A stretch of 64,000 bases of DNA from Crocinitomicaceae bacterium (GTDB lineage: Bacteria > Bacteroidota > Bacteroidia > Flavobacteriales_D > CAJJDF01), in NCBI GenBank assembly GCA_024639505.1, contig JAHEIE010000119.1, positions 6,193 through 70,192 of the forward strand, given 5' to 3'. Position numbers and translations under genes: made by a program. Of this stretch, positions 17,654-28,685 are shown piece after piece. Position 1 is the stretch's first letter, and every line of letters starts with the position of its first letter. The notes under the pieces were generated by a model. The model was not told where the DNA came from, did no database searches, and was given only the letters and a program-made list of their open reading frames with translations.

Positions 17654-19567
17654 TTAGTTTACTAAATACAATTCGTTTTTTTCGTTGTAATTGAGCGAAT
17701 TGTCATCTAATTTCCATTGAATTACTTCTATGACTTCCTCTGGCTTGTAGTTTTTTATTTCTGCTACCAGCTTTGTGATGTTGAGGTTTTTTGTGCTCAA
17801 AATGGCATTGATTTCTTTCTCGATATGGGTGAATATGTCGTTGCTTAAGCTTTTCTTTTTTCTGTTTAGGCAAACATCACAAGTGCCACAATCGCTAAAT
17901 TCTGTTTCATCAAAATAAGAAAGCAACAGCTTGGATCGGCAAGTAGTATCCGATTCACAATAGCGAATCATAAAGTCGAGCTGTTCTTTTTTTACTGTTT
18001 TTCTGTCGAGATATATAGCTTTTGGTAGTTTCAATCTGTCTTCGTGCATTCTGTCCATGTTGTAAGTCAATACTGGCTGGTTGGATGTTGGCAGGAACTC
18101 TATAATTTCAAAAGATTTTAGTTTTTGCAAAGTCACCTCTATTTCTTTCACAGATTTCTTTAAAGAATCGGCTATAGAATTGAGATTGATTCCAATCAAG
18201 TTATCAAAAATCCCTTCGTTTTTTCGCAACAAAAGCTGAATTAATCTTTCGTGCTCAGGATGTTTTACTTGATAATTGTACAAAGCACTATTTCCTACCT
18301 CAAATTTCACTCTATTGGGTCGAGTTATGGCTTCAGATAAATGAATGTAACCAGCCAAACTAAGTATGGAAAGACAGTGGTGAGCCGTGATTACTTCAAA
18401 ATTAAATTTTGATGAAAAATCAACGATATCAAATTCATAATTCGAGTTTTCACCGCCTCCAATCGCCAACCTAAAATAATTCCCAAGAGCGTTGTAAACT
18501 TTTTTAATTTGTGTTTTTTCGGGAAATTCCAACTCGTGAAATCGTTCGAGAGTAATTTTGTCGCTTGGCTTGTACAGCAATACTGCGAACGATTTTTTTC
18601 CATCTCTGCCACCTCTTCCTGCTTCTTGAAAATATGCTTCGGGCGAGGCAGGCGGCTCCATGTGAACCACAACTCGTACATCTGGTTTGTCGATTCCCAT
18701 CCCAAAAGCGTTGGTAGCCACAATAATCTGTGTGCGATCATTTATCCAGTCGTTTTGTTTCTTGTCACGCTCGTCCTGAGCTAGCCCTCCGTGATAAAAA
18801 TCTGCGGTTATGCCATTTCTTTGAAGTAGCTGAGAAACTTCTTTCGTTTTTCTGCGAGTATTCACATACACAATACCGCAGTTATTCGTTTTTTTGATAA
18901 TCTGAATCAATTTCTGATTCTTATTTTCTTCTTTTAAAACTAAATAACCAAGATTTTCTCTTGCAAAACTCTGTTTAATGATGTGTTCCTTTTCAATCGA
19001 AAGCTGACTTGCAATATCTTTTATTACCCTTGTATTGGCAGTTGCGGTTACAGCCAAAAATGGGACAGAATTACCTATAATATCTCTTAGTTCTTTTATT
19101 TTTTGATAAGCAGGTCTAAAATCATGACCCCATTGCGATATGCAATGCGATTCGTCTACCGCAACTAAGTTTACTTTCATTTTTGAAGCTCTCACCCTAA
19201 AAATTTCAGTTTGAAGTCGTTCGGGAGAAACGTATAAAAATTTATAGTCGCCATACACACAATTGTCTAGTGCGATGTCGATCTCTCGTTTGTTCATTCC
19301 CGAAAAAATAGCCAAAGCTTTTATTCCTCTTTTTTTAAGATTTTCTACCTGGTCCTTCATAAGCGCAATAAGCGGAGAAACCACAATACAAATCCCATCA
19401 TTTACCAAAGCAGGAACTTGATAACAAATAGATTTTCCTCCACCAGTAGGGAGTAAAGCAAGCGTATCATTTTCATCCAATACCGAATTGATGATTTCCT
19501 CCTGTGAATCCCGAAAAGAATCATAACCCCAGTATTGTTTCAATATGTCGTGAATGGTTTGGCTCAT
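17654..19567 (-). CDS. recQ: RecQ-family ATP-dependent DNA helicase
   Basis: 'LALLPTGGGKSICYQVPA' (motif I), 'LVAVDESHCISQWGHDFRPAY' (DEAH box) and 'ATNAFGMGIDKPDVRVVVH', plus the C-terminal Zn motif 'CRSKLLLSYFDE..CGTCDVC'. Confidence 0.85.
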   Translation of the reverse strand: MSQTIHDILKQYWGYDSFRDSQEEIINSVLDENDTLALLPTGGGKSICYQVPALVNDGICIVVSPLIALMKDQVENLKKRGIKALAIFSGMNKREIDIALDNCVYGDYKFLYVSPERLQTEIFRVRASKMKVNLVAVDESHCISQWGHDFRPAYQKIKELRDIIGNSVPFLAVTATANTRVIKDIASQLSIEKEHIIKQSFARENLGYLVLKEENKNQKLIQIIKKTNNCGIVYVNTRRKTKEVSQLLQRNGITADFYHGGLAQDERDKKQNDWINDRTQIIVATNAFGMGIDKPDVRVVVHMEPPASPEAYFQEAGRGGRDGKKSFAVLLYKPSDKITLERFHELEFPEKTQIKKVYNALGNYFRLAIGGGENSNYEFDIVDFSSKFNFEVITAHHCLSILSLAGYIHLSEAITRPNRVKFEVGNSALYNYQVKHPEHERLIQLLLRKNEGIFDNLIGINLNSIADSLKKSVKEIEVTLQKLKSFEIIEFLPTSNQPVLTYNMDRMHEDRLKLPKAIYLDRKTVKKEQLDFMIRYCESDTTCRSKLLLSYFDETEFSDCGTCDVCLNRKKKSLSNDIFTHIEKEINAILSTKNLNITKLVAEIKNYKPEEVIEVIQWKLDDNSLNYNEKNELYLVN

Positions 19568-19589
19568 TGTTTTGCTAAAGTAACAAATT

Positions 19590-19607
19590 TCCCCTCTTGA
19601 GAGGGGA
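19590..19607. repeat. 7-bp hairpin tcccctc-ttga-gagggga
   Basis: Read directly from the sequence. It lies in the recQ / flavin-reductase divergent intergenic region and is followed by 'ttaaggggtgtgt'. Confidence 0.5.
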
Positions 19608-19690
19608 TTAAGGGGTGTGTAAATTATCTTACTTGTATTTTTATCAATTGTTCTCTTTCCTTCTTATCTTCGTAAAAACAAAATTCAAAC

Positions 19691-20584
19691 ATGCTTACAA
19701 TAACTCCTTCAGAAATTCCAGTACCCAAGTTACATCATTATTTGTTAGGTGCGGTTGGTCCACGTCCAATAGCATTTGCAAGTACTATAGATAAAGATGG
19801 AAATAGAAATTTAGCGCCATTTAGTTTTTTTAATGTGTTCAGTGCCAATCCTCCAATCATGGTGTTTTCACCTGCACGAAGCGGAAGAACTAATACAACA
19901 AAAAACACATTTGACAATGTAAAAGAAGTGGCAGAAGTTGTAATTAATATTGTGAATTACAGCATTGTAGAGCAAATGTCTTTGTCTAGTTCACCTTTTG
20001 ATTCAGACGTAGATGAGTTTGTAAAATCTGGATTAACTCCTATCGCCTCAGAAACAATAAAGCCGTTTAGAGTAAAAGAATCTCCGGTACAATTTGAGTG
20101 CAAAGTAAACGAAGTAGTGGAACTTGGAACCGAGGGTGGAGCAGGAAATTTAGTGATTTGTGAAGTGACCAAAATCCATATTGACGAAGCTATTTTGGAT
20201 GAAAATGGCACAATCGATCAACACAAAATAGATTTAGTTTCCCGAATGGGAGGAAACTGGTATTGCAGAGCAAATGCCGAATCAATGTTTGAGATTAAAA
20301 AACCAATAATGACAATTGGAATTGGCTACGATGCCATTCCAGAAGACATAAGAAACAGTTCTGTTTTATCAGGAAATGATTTGGGGAAATTGGGAGGAAT
20401 AGAAGAGTTGCCCAACGAAACAGATGTAAATGATCATAAGTTGATTGAATTAAGTGAGTTGTTTGTTGAATTGGAAGACGAACAAGAAAAACTAGAACAA
20501 GAACTTCACAAAAGAGCCAAGCAAGAATTGAAAGAGGATAAATTGAAAGAAGCTTGGATGACGCTTTTGGCTTTTAATGAGTAG
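19691..20584 (+). CDS. flavin reductase family protein (FMN-binding split barrel) with acidic C-terminal extension
   Basis: 'LGAVGPRPIAFASTIDKDGNRNLAPFSFFNVFSANPP' is typical of the flavin reductase-like domain. Confidence 0.7.
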   Translation: MLTITPSEIPVPKLHHYLLGAVGPRPIAFASTIDKDGNRNLAPFSFFNVFSANPPIMVFSPARSGRTNTTKNTFDNVKEVAEVVINIVNYSIVEQMSLSSSPFDSDVDEFVKSGLTPIASETIKPFRVKESPVQFECKVNEVVELGTEGGAGNLVICEVTKIHIDEAILDENGTIDQHKIDLVSRMGGNWYCRANAESMFEIKKPIMTIGIGYDAIPEDIRNSSVLSGNDLGKLGGIEELPNETDVNDHKLIELSELFVELEDEQEKLEQELHKRAKQELKEDKLKEAWMTLLAFNE

Positions 20585-20603
20585 AATAATCTCATTTTTT
20601 TAA

Positions 20604-20611
20604 TACCTTTG
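20604..20611 (+). promoter_or_regulatory. Bacteroidota-type -7 box TACCTTTG
   Basis: Exact match to TAnnTTTG, 28 nt upstream of the ATG at 20640. No clean -33 TTG at the canonical spacing. Confidence 0.35.
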
Positions 20612-20639
20612 TAAACTTTAAAAATATAAAAAATAAGAA

Positions 20640-21011
20640 ATGGAATTAGCAGGAAAAGTAAAAGTAATATTTGACAAACAAACGTTTGGAAGTGGTTTTG
20701 AAAAGAGAGAAATAGTGGTAACAACCGCAGAACAATACCCACAAGATATAAAATTTGAGGTGTACAAAGAGAAATGCGATATGTTGAATAATTTCAATGT
20801 AAATGATGATGTAACTGTTCACTTTAACTTAAGAGGAAACGAGTACAACGGAAAATATTTTGTAAATCTAAATGCCTGGAAAATAGACAAAGGATCGGCT
20901 GGTGCAGCTCCAAATGCTAATGTAGTGCCAGACAATGCTGCTCCACTTCCGTCATCAGAATCTCCATTTGATTCTGGTAGCGACTTTGAAGGAGATGATT
21001 TGCCATTTTAA
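20640..21011 (+). CDS. DUF3127-like small protein (OB-fold-like)
   Basis: 'MELAGKVKVIFDKQTFGSGFEKREIVVTT..YPQDIKFE' resembles the conserved DUF3127 N-terminus. The tail is low-complexity and acidic. Confidence 0.6.
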   Translation: MELAGKVKVIFDKQTFGSGFEKREIVVTTAEQYPQDIKFEVYKEKCDMLNNFNVNDDVTVHFNLRGNEYNGKYFVNLNAWKIDKGSAGAAPNANVVPDNAAPLPSSESPFDSGSDFEGDDLPF

Positions 21012-21034
21012 TTAAATTATAAATAGTAATGCCA

Positions 21035-21069
21035 AACCTGGCAGGTTTCAAAACCTGCCAGGTTTTTTA
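21035..21069 (+). terminator. rho-independent terminator
   Basis: 11-bp stem aacctggcagg/cctgccaggtt, 8-nt loop, then a T-run. Confidence 0.8.
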
Positions 21070-21109
21070 TTGGATAATGTTTTGGTTTCAATATTCAATA
21101 CCAAAACAC

Positions 21110-21117
21110 TATCTTTG
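21110..21117 (+). promoter_or_regulatory. -7 box TATCTTTG
   Basis: Exact TAnnTTTG, 19 nt upstream of the ATG at 21137 and downstream of the terminator. This supports the shorter start for the VOC gene. Confidence 0.4.
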
Positions 21118-21136
21118 CAACCAAATTCAAAGCACT

Positions 21137-22198
21137 ATGGAAAAAATTATCAGTGGAATTCAACAAATGGGAATAGGTGTTCCTGATGTGGAAAAAATAT
21201 TTGCTTGGTACAGAGAAATATTCGGTATAGATATCAAAGTTTTTGAAGAAGCGGCCGAAGCACCATTAATGACCGATTATACAGGTGATAAAGTTCAGAG
21301 TAGAACCGCAACTTTGGCATTGAGCATGGAAAGTGGTGGAGGATTTGAAATATGGCAATACACTAGTAGAAATACCGAGAAGGCCGATTTTGAAATACAA
21401 CTGGGTGATTTGGGTATTTATAGCTGCAAAATAAAATCGAAAGATGTGAAAGCAACTTTTAATTTTTTGACTAAAAAAGGAGTTGAAATATTGGGAGATA
21501 TAACAACAAACCCAAAAGGAGAAGAGAATTTTTTTGTAAAAGATCCTAACGGTAATATTTTTAATATCGTAGAAGGAAAGGGATTTTTTGTAGACACCAA
21601 ACATCCAGCCAAAACAGGTGGAGTTGCAGGAGCAATTTTAGGTGTTTCGGATATAGAGAAATCACTCAAGCTTTACAGAGATGTTTTGGGTTACGACACA
21701 ATTGATTTTGATGAAACAGCAGAGTTTTCTTGTTTCAAAGGGTTGCCTTCTGGAGGAAAAACTTTCAGAAGAGTGCAGTTGTCACACAGCAAACCAAAAG
21801 TAGGAGCATTTGCAAAATTACTGGGGCCAACAACCATTGAATTGGTTCAAGAAATAGAAGGAAGCCCAAGAAAAATATTTGAGAACAGATTTTGGGGAGA
21901 CTGGGGGTTCATTCACTTGTGCTTTGATGTGCAAAGAATGGAATTACTCAAAAAAGATTGTGAGAAGGCAGGATTTCCTTTCACAGTAGATAGCGATAAT
22001 TCTTTTGATATGGGAGAGGCTGCAGGAAGATTCAGTTACATTGAAGATCCGGACGGAGCCTTGATTGAGTTTGTGGAAACGCACAAAGTGCCATTGATGA
22101 AAAAAATTGGTTGGTACATCAATCTTAAGAAAAGAGATCCAGAAAAAAGTCTTCCAACTTGGATGTTGAAAGCTATGAAAATGAGCAGAGTAAAATAA
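21137..22198 (+). CDS. VOC (glyoxalase/bleomycin-resistance/dioxygenase) family protein, multi-domain
   Basis: 'GIQQMGIGVPDVEKIFAWY', 'AILGVSDIEKSLKLYRDVLGY' and 'YIEDPDGALIEFVE' are repeated VOC modules. The track ORF start (21029) would include the terminator hairpin, so the ATG at 21137 is used. Confidence 0.6.
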   Translation: MEKIISGIQQMGIGVPDVEKIFAWYREIFGIDIKVFEEAAEAPLMTDYTGDKVQSRTATLALSMESGGGFEIWQYTSRNTEKADFEIQLGDLGIYSCKIKSKDVKATFNFLTKKGVEILGDITTNPKGEENFFVKDPNGNIFNIVEGKGFFVDTKHPAKTGGVAGAILGVSDIEKSLKLYRDVLGYDTIDFDETAEFSCFKGLPSGGKTFRRVQLSHSKPKVGAFAKLLGPTTIELVQEIEGSPRKIFENRFWGDWGFIHLCFDVQRMELLKKDCEKAGFPFTVDSDNSFDMGEAAGRFSYIEDPDGALIEFVETHKVPLMKKIGWYINLKKRDPEKSLPTWMLKAMKMSRVK

Positions 22199-22282
22199 AA
22201 AGAAAGAAACAAGATAAAAGATTCAAGAATATTAGCAGAGGTAACATAACTATAATTCTAGATTCTAAAATTCTAAAAAAAT

Positions 22283-23794
22283 ATGTCAGAAAAAGTAAGA
22301 GTAAGATTTGCACCAAGCCCAACAGGGCCTCTTCATATTGGAGGAGTGAGAACAGCTTTGTTCAATTATTTATTTGCCAAAAAACACGGAGGAGATTTTA
22401 TTCTTCGAATTGAAGATACAGATCAAAAAAGATTTGTGGAAGGAGCAGAGGAATATGTCATAGAATCTTTGAAATGGGCAGGAATTCCTCACAATGAAGG
22501 ACAAGGAGTAGGAGGAGAATATGGTCCTTACAAGCAGAGCGAAAGAATGCATTTGTACAAACAATATGCAGATTTCTTGTTAGAAAACGACAAAGCTTAT
22601 TACGCTTTTGATACATCTGAAGAACTAACAGAAGCGAGAGAAAGAAGTCAGAAGGAAGGAAAAACTTTTGCTTATGACGCAATCACAAGGCAATACCTTA
22701 AAAACTCTACAAGTCTTTCGGCCGATGAAGTTTCGCAGAGGATTGAGAGTGGAGAATCTTATGTAATCAGAATGAAGCTTCCAAGGAATGAAGAAGTGCG
22801 TTTTCATGATGAAATTAGAGGTTGGGTAGTTGTAAATACTGCCAACATGGATGATAAAGTATTGTACAAATCTGATGGATTACCAACGTATCATTTGGCT
22901 AATATTGTGGATGATTATTTGATGAAGATTACCCACGTAATTCGTGGAGAAGAATGGTTGCCAAGTGCTCCGTTGCATGTGCTTTTATATAAATATTTAG
23001 GATGGGAAGATTCTATGCCAAAATTTGCTCACTTGCCATTGATTTTGAAACCAGACGGGAAAGGAAAACTGAGCAAGAGAGATGGAGTGAAAGGAGGATT
23101 TCCTGTGTTTCCATTAGAGTGGAAAGATCCCGCAAGCGAAGAAATTTCTGCTGGGTATAGAGAGGATGGGTATTTCAAAGAAGCCTTTGTAAATATGTTG
23201 GCTTTTCTTGGGTGGAATCCTGGAACGGAACAAGAGATATTTAGTTTGGAAGAATTGGTTCAGGCTTTTTCTTTGGAAAGAGTAGGGAAGTCTGGAGCGA
23301 AATTTGACCCAGTAAAAACGAAATGGTACAACGAACAATTCTTGAGAATGAAATCTAACGAGGAACTAGCTTCTTTGCTGAAGCCTTTGTTGAGTTTTGA
23401 GGTAGAAGACGAGTATTTGGTGAAGGTTTCTGAGTTATTAAAAGAGAGAGCTGTTTTTGTAGCAGACATGACCGAAGATGATTTTTATTTTCAGCCACCA
23501 ACGGAATTTGATGAGAAAACCATCAATAAAAAATGGAAAGAAGGAACGCCTGCAATTATTGAAGCAATGATTCAAAAATTTGAGGGAATAGAGGATTTCT
23601 CTACCGAGAATGTGGAAATTGCTTTCAAGTCTTATCTTTCGGAGAATGAATTGGGAATGGGAGCAGTTTTGCCAAATTTCCGAGTTCTTGTTACCGGAAA
23701 GGGGATGGGGCCATCTATGTTTCAGATAGCCTCTATTTTAGGGAAAGATGAGACTTTGGCACGATTAAAATCGGGATTAGCAAAAATGAGCTAA
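22283..23794 (+). CDS. gltX: glutamate--tRNA ligase
   Basis: 'RFAPSPTGPLHIGGVRTALFNY' (HIGH) and 'GKLSKRDG' (KMSKS-like). 503 aa. Confidence 0.92.
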   Translation: MSEKVRVRFAPSPTGPLHIGGVRTALFNYLFAKKHGGDFILRIEDTDQKRFVEGAEEYVIESLKWAGIPHNEGQGVGGEYGPYKQSERMHLYKQYADFLLENDKAYYAFDTSEELTEARERSQKEGKTFAYDAITRQYLKNSTSLSADEVSQRIESGESYVIRMKLPRNEEVRFHDEIRGWVVVNTANMDDKVLYKSDGLPTYHLANIVDDYLMKITHVIRGEEWLPSAPLHVLLYKYLGWEDSMPKFAHLPLILKPDGKGKLSKRDGVKGGFPVFPLEWKDPASEEISAGYREDGYFKEAFVNMLAFLGWNPGTEQEIFSLEELVQAFSLERVGKSGAKFDPVKTKWYNEQFLRMKSNEELASLLKPLLSFEVEDEYLVKVSELLKERAVFVADMTEDDFYFQPPTEFDEKTINKKWKEGTPAIIEAMIQKFEGIEDFSTENVEIAFKSYLSENELGMGAVLPNFRVLVTGKGMGPSMFQIASILGKDETLARLKSGLAKMS

Positions 23795-23899
23795 TTCACT
23801 TAGTTTTGAGAGATGTTAAAATTTGATAAATACTACAATCACTCAACAATAATCTGCTTTTTTTGACGTAAATTTAAGCGTAATTAAAAGAATAAAATC

Positions 23900-24082
23900 A
23901 TGTTAGAATTTTGTAAAACCGTACTGAGTAAAATAAGTTTCGACAAGTATTTATTTAAAAAAGAATTGCAAAAAGCCAGAAAATGGCTGAAGCCAAAAGA
24001 TGCTTTGGTTTTGAAAATATGGTGTTTGGCACAATTCGGACACCTATACAAAGATGTAATTTTAGAAGTATTCGAATCCTAG
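23900..24082 (+). CDS. hypothetical small protein (60 aa)
   Basis: ATG ORF with no motif. Its stop overlaps the ribF stop by 4 nt (CTAG). Confidence 0.3.
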   Translation: MLEFCKTVLSKISFDKYLFKKELQKARKWLKPKDALVLKIWCLAQFGHLYKDVILEVFES

Positions 24083-25017
24083 AGAGAAATTTCTAAGATT
24101 TTTTCTGCCTGACTTTTATCCAATCGCAATTGGTTTTTTAATTGATCCAACCCCTCAAATTTCACCTCAGACCTTAGTCTTTTTACAAATTTGAGTATAA
24201 TTTCTCGTCCGTAAATATCTTCTGAAAAATTCAACAAATGTACTTCTACCGATACATTGTCCATGGAGTTTACAGTAGGATTTGTACCAATATTTAGCAT
24301 TGCTTTGTACCACGATTCGCCTACTTTTGCCCAAGCCGCATAAGCTCCATTCATTGGAATTATTTTTTGCGCATCTTCAATGTATAAGTTTGCCGTAGGA
24401 AATCCAATTGTGTGACCAATTCTCTTACCTTCTATTACCTCGCCAGTGAGTGAGAAGGAATAACCCAAATACTCGTTTGCCAAATGAATGTTACCTATCA
24501 AAATGGCGTTTCTTATTTTGGTAGAACTTACATTTATCTCATTGATGTCCTGAGCCGAAATTTCTTCCACCTCAAATTGATACAAATCACTCAGTTCTTT
24601 CAGGTAGTTGAAGTTTCCTTCACGGTTTCGGCCAAATTGGTGGTCGTATCCAATGATTAGCGTAGATACTTTGAGTTCTTTTACCAAAAAATCTCTGACG
24701 TATTCGATAGCCGAAATTCTAGAAAATTCTTTGGTAAATGGATAAATAATAAGGTGATCAATACCCGATTTTTCTAACCTTTCTATTTTTTCCTCTAGCG
24801 TATTTATCAATTTCAAACTGTTGTTTTCAGGGAATAAAACGAGCCTAGGGTGAGGAGCAAAAGTAAGCATAACAGATTCTCCTCCAGCAGCGTGTGCTTT
24901 CTTGTTCAGAGATTCAATTAGTTTTTGATGACCAAAGTGAATTCCATCAAATGTACCCACAGTGAGGAACACTTTTTTGGTAGGATTAAAATCGGTAATG
25001 TTTCGGTATATTTTCAA
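24079..25017 (-). CDS. ribF: bifunctional riboflavin kinase / FMN adenylyltransferase
   Basis: 'LTVGTFDGIHFGHQKLI', 'MLTFAPHPR', 'GFPTANL' and 'EVHLLNFSEDIYGREI'. The apparent start is a TTG (MKIYRN). Confidence 0.88.
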   Translation of the reverse strand: MKIYRNITDFNPTKKVFLTVGTFDGIHFGHQKLIESLNKKAHAAGGESVMLTFAPHPRLVLFPENNSLKLINTLEEKIERLEKSGIDHLIIYPFTKEFSRISAIEYVRDFLVKELKVSTLIIGYDHQFGRNREGNFNYLKELSDLYQFEVEEISAQDINEINVSSTKIRNAILIGNIHLANEYLGYSFSLTGEVIEGKRIGHTIGFPTANLYIEDAQKIIPMNGAYAAWAKVGESWYKAMLNIGTNPTVNSMDNVSVEVHLLNFSEDIYGREIILKFVKRLRSEVKFEGLDQLKNQLRLDKSQAEKILEISL

Positions 25018-25037
25018 GTCAAATTGATTTACTCCTT

Positions 25038-25045
25038 CAAAGGTA
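25038..25045 (-). promoter_or_regulatory. -7 box TACCTTTG for ribF
   Basis: Exact TAnnTTTG on the minus strand, 20 nt upstream of the ribF start. Confidence 0.4.
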
Positions 25046-25064
25046 TTTTTTTTCTTTAAATCTA

Positions 25065-25094
25065 TTGGTTATTGTCTTAAAAAAAGTAATTTTG
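25065..25094 (+). promoter_or_regulatory. Bacteroidota sigma-A promoter TTG-N19-TAATTTTG for atpDC
   Basis: TTG at 25065-25067, a 19-nt spacer, and TAATTTTG at 25087-25094, 40 nt upstream of the atpD ATG. This matches the published TTG-N19-TAnnTTTG consensus. Confidence 0.5.
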
Positions 25095-25119
25095 TATCAA
25101 ATTTGAATTTTCAATTTAA

Positions 25120-26646
<1,527 letters not shown>

Positions 26647-26675
26647 TCTATTCAATTACAAAAGAAAACAACGCT

Positions 26676-26912
26676 ATGTTACTAGATATTATCACGCCAG
26701 ATGCTAAGTTATACTCAGGAGAAGTTACTTCTATAGTGCTTCCAGGAATTGATGGTGAATTAGGAGTACTGAACAATCACGCTCCTCTTATCACTGCTCT
26801 CAAAGAAGGGACAATCAATATCATAAAAAAAACTGGTGAAAACGAAGCTTTTGAAACCAAAGGTGGAATCGTTGAAGTATTGAACAACAAAGTGATAGTA
26901 TTGGCTGAATAG
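26676..26912 (+). CDS. atpC: F0F1 ATP synthase subunit epsilon (short form, beta-sandwich only)
   Basis: 78 aa, 'DIITPDAKLYSGEVTSIVLPGIDGELGVLNNHAPLIT', immediately after atpD. Confidence 0.8.
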   Translation: MLLDIITPDAKLYSGEVTSIVLPGIDGELGVLNNHAPLITALKEGTINIIKKTGENEAFETKGGIVEVLNNKVIVLAE

Positions 26913-27043
26913 TCAAGACGAATTATACAAATTGAAAAGCCTGAGTAACTTTGTTGCTTGGGCTTTTCTTTTGGTTTAATTATACAAGTTAAGATACCGA
27001 AGTATACCAGGTAAAAGATAGATTCTTAATATGCAATATTTCC

Positions 27044-28603
27044 CTATTGAACCAAAAGTTTTTGAGTCCCCACTTTTCCTTTTACACTTTCAATACGAAT
27101 TAAGTAAATGCCAGGAGAAAGGGATTGTATTGATATAAAATGTTCAAGAGATTGTGCAGAAATCATTTGGGTTGAAATATTTTTCCCGTCTAATTGCATG
27201 ATAGAAATCGAATGAAGAAGTTCAGGGGTACGAATTGTGATATAATCCTGTGCAGGATTGGGAAATAGGTTAAAAACAAAAGGCTTTTGCTCACTCAATG
27301 TAGTAGTAGAATCCAAAAAGCTAAGTACCGAATCTACTTGACAACCTTGAGGAATTCCCCAGCCATAAATGTTGTTTGGGTTTGCGGCACGGTTGGAGTT
27401 GTTTTTGAGAGCATCAATCACTTCAAAATTACTGCGAGCAGGATGAGCTTGAACCAAGCAAGCTACCAATCCAGTCATGAGTGGTGTGGCAAATGAAGTT
27501 CCGTTTCCTCTGTACACCGTATCGTTTAATCCCATAAAATGACAGGCTTCTCCAATAGTAACGACTTCAGGTTTTATTCGTCCGTCAAAAGTGGGACCTT
27601 CTGATGAAAACCCAGCTCTTGTACTGTCAAATTTGATTGCTCCCACGCACAAAACACTGTCTACATCACAAGGAGAAGACAAGCTCCCAGCTCCATCGTT
27701 TCCATTGTTTCCGGCTGCAACTGAAATGATCATACCTTTTCTTTTGGCAATAGAAACTCCCTGGGCAGCAATTGTAGTTTTTCCATCCATTCCGGGATAT
27801 CCATAACTTACTTGTAAAGAATCAAAGTTTCGGTATCCCAATGAAATATTGCAAATATTTGCCCCAATGGAATCAGCTCTTTCAAGTCCTAGTACCAAGT
27901 TGAATTCTTCAATATTCTTTTCGAATCTACCAATCTCTGTGATGTAAAAGGCATAGTTGGCTTTTGGAGCTGAACCAACAAAAATACTGTCTAGCTCTGC
28001 ACCAATAATAGAAGTTACATAGGATCCATGTGTGTTTTTGTGAAATACATTTGATGCGTTGTCTTCAAAGTCCCAAGTATCAATGATTCGCCCTTCTTGT
28101 CTCATTTTACGAAATGAAAGCATCGTGTCCATTCGTGGAAATCCTGCGTCTAACACCGCAATTGTAACTCCTTGACCCAGATAGCCTTTGTCATGAAGGC
28201 AAGATACTGTTTGGGTGATTTCCAATTGTTCAAAAGTGTTTCCATAAGAATTGCTGTCACCTATTACCAAAGAGTTGTTCAGGCTTGTAATGTTGCGACT
28301 GTCCAGTTTCTTTGGGTTTAGCTTGAGAATGGAATGAATAAATGGAAACTGAGTGAGTTCATCTTGGGAGAGTGTGGTAGAAAAATGAATAGCATTTAGC
28401 CATTTGGATGCATTGATAATTCTTCCTTTTTTTTCTAAAATTTGAAGCGATTCTTCCCGAATGGGTAAATCATAAAAATCTTTGAATCCTTCTGATTCTG
28501 AGTTCTGTGACTGTGCCTTATCCTTTAAAAAAACAAGGTATTCGTTGTGTTGTGAGAAACTAAAAGTGGAGAAAAAGACAAGGAGAAAAAGGAACTTGTT
28601 CAT
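27044..28603 (-). CDS. S8 (subtilisin-family) serine peptidase with T9SS C-terminal domain
   Basis: Signal peptide from the ATG at 28603 (MNKFLFLLVFFSTFSFS). Catalytic triad contexts are 'VTIAVLDAGF' (D), 'NTHGSYVTS' (H) and 'NGTSFATPLMTG' (S). The CTD is 'FNLFPNPAQDYITI..GIYLIRIES..KLLVQ'. Confidence 0.85.
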   Translation of the reverse strand: MNKFLFLLVFFSTFSFSQHNEYLVFLKDKAQSQNSESEGFKDFYDLPIREESLQILEKKGRIINASKWLNAIHFSTTLSQDELTQFPFIHSILKLNPKKLDSRNITSLNNSLVIGDSNSYGNTFEQLEITQTVSCLHDKGYLGQGVTIAVLDAGFPRMDTMLSFRKMRQEGRIIDTWDFEDNASNVFHKNTHGSYVTSIIGAELDSIFVGSAPKANYAFYITEIGRFEKNIEEFNLVLGLERADSIGANICNISLGYRNFDSLQVSYGYPGMDGKTTIAAQGVSIAKRKGMIISVAAGNNGNDGAGSLSSPCDVDSVLCVGAIKFDSTRAGFSSEGPTFDGRIKPEVVTIGEACHFMGLNDTVYRGNGTSFATPLMTGLVACLVQAHPARSNFEVIDALKNNSNRAANPNNIYGWGIPQGCQVDSVLSFLDSTTTLSEQKPFVFNLFPNPAQDYITIRTPELLHSISIMQLDGKNISTQMISAQSLEHFISIQSLSPGIYLIRIESVKGKVGTQKLLVQ

Positions 28604-28685
28604 AGAGGTGAAAACTTTGAAATACGTAAAGTGAAGATACAAAATGCTAGTTACAATATTTGTATATTTGCAAAATTGCAAATTC

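Noticed and set aside
21029-21136. N-terminal extension of the VOC gene ORF (MPNLAGFKTCQVFYW...)
   Set aside because: The extension is the translation of the upstream rho-independent terminator (aacctggcagg..cctgccaggtt + T-run). A TAnnTTTG box lies between it and the ATG at 21137.
26676-26912. 78-aa atpC as a truncated pseudogene
   Set aside because: The ORF is intact, starts 30 nt after atpD and is followed by a terminator-like hairpin. Short epsilon subunits lacking the C-terminal helical hairpin are, to my knowledge, normal in Bacteroidota.
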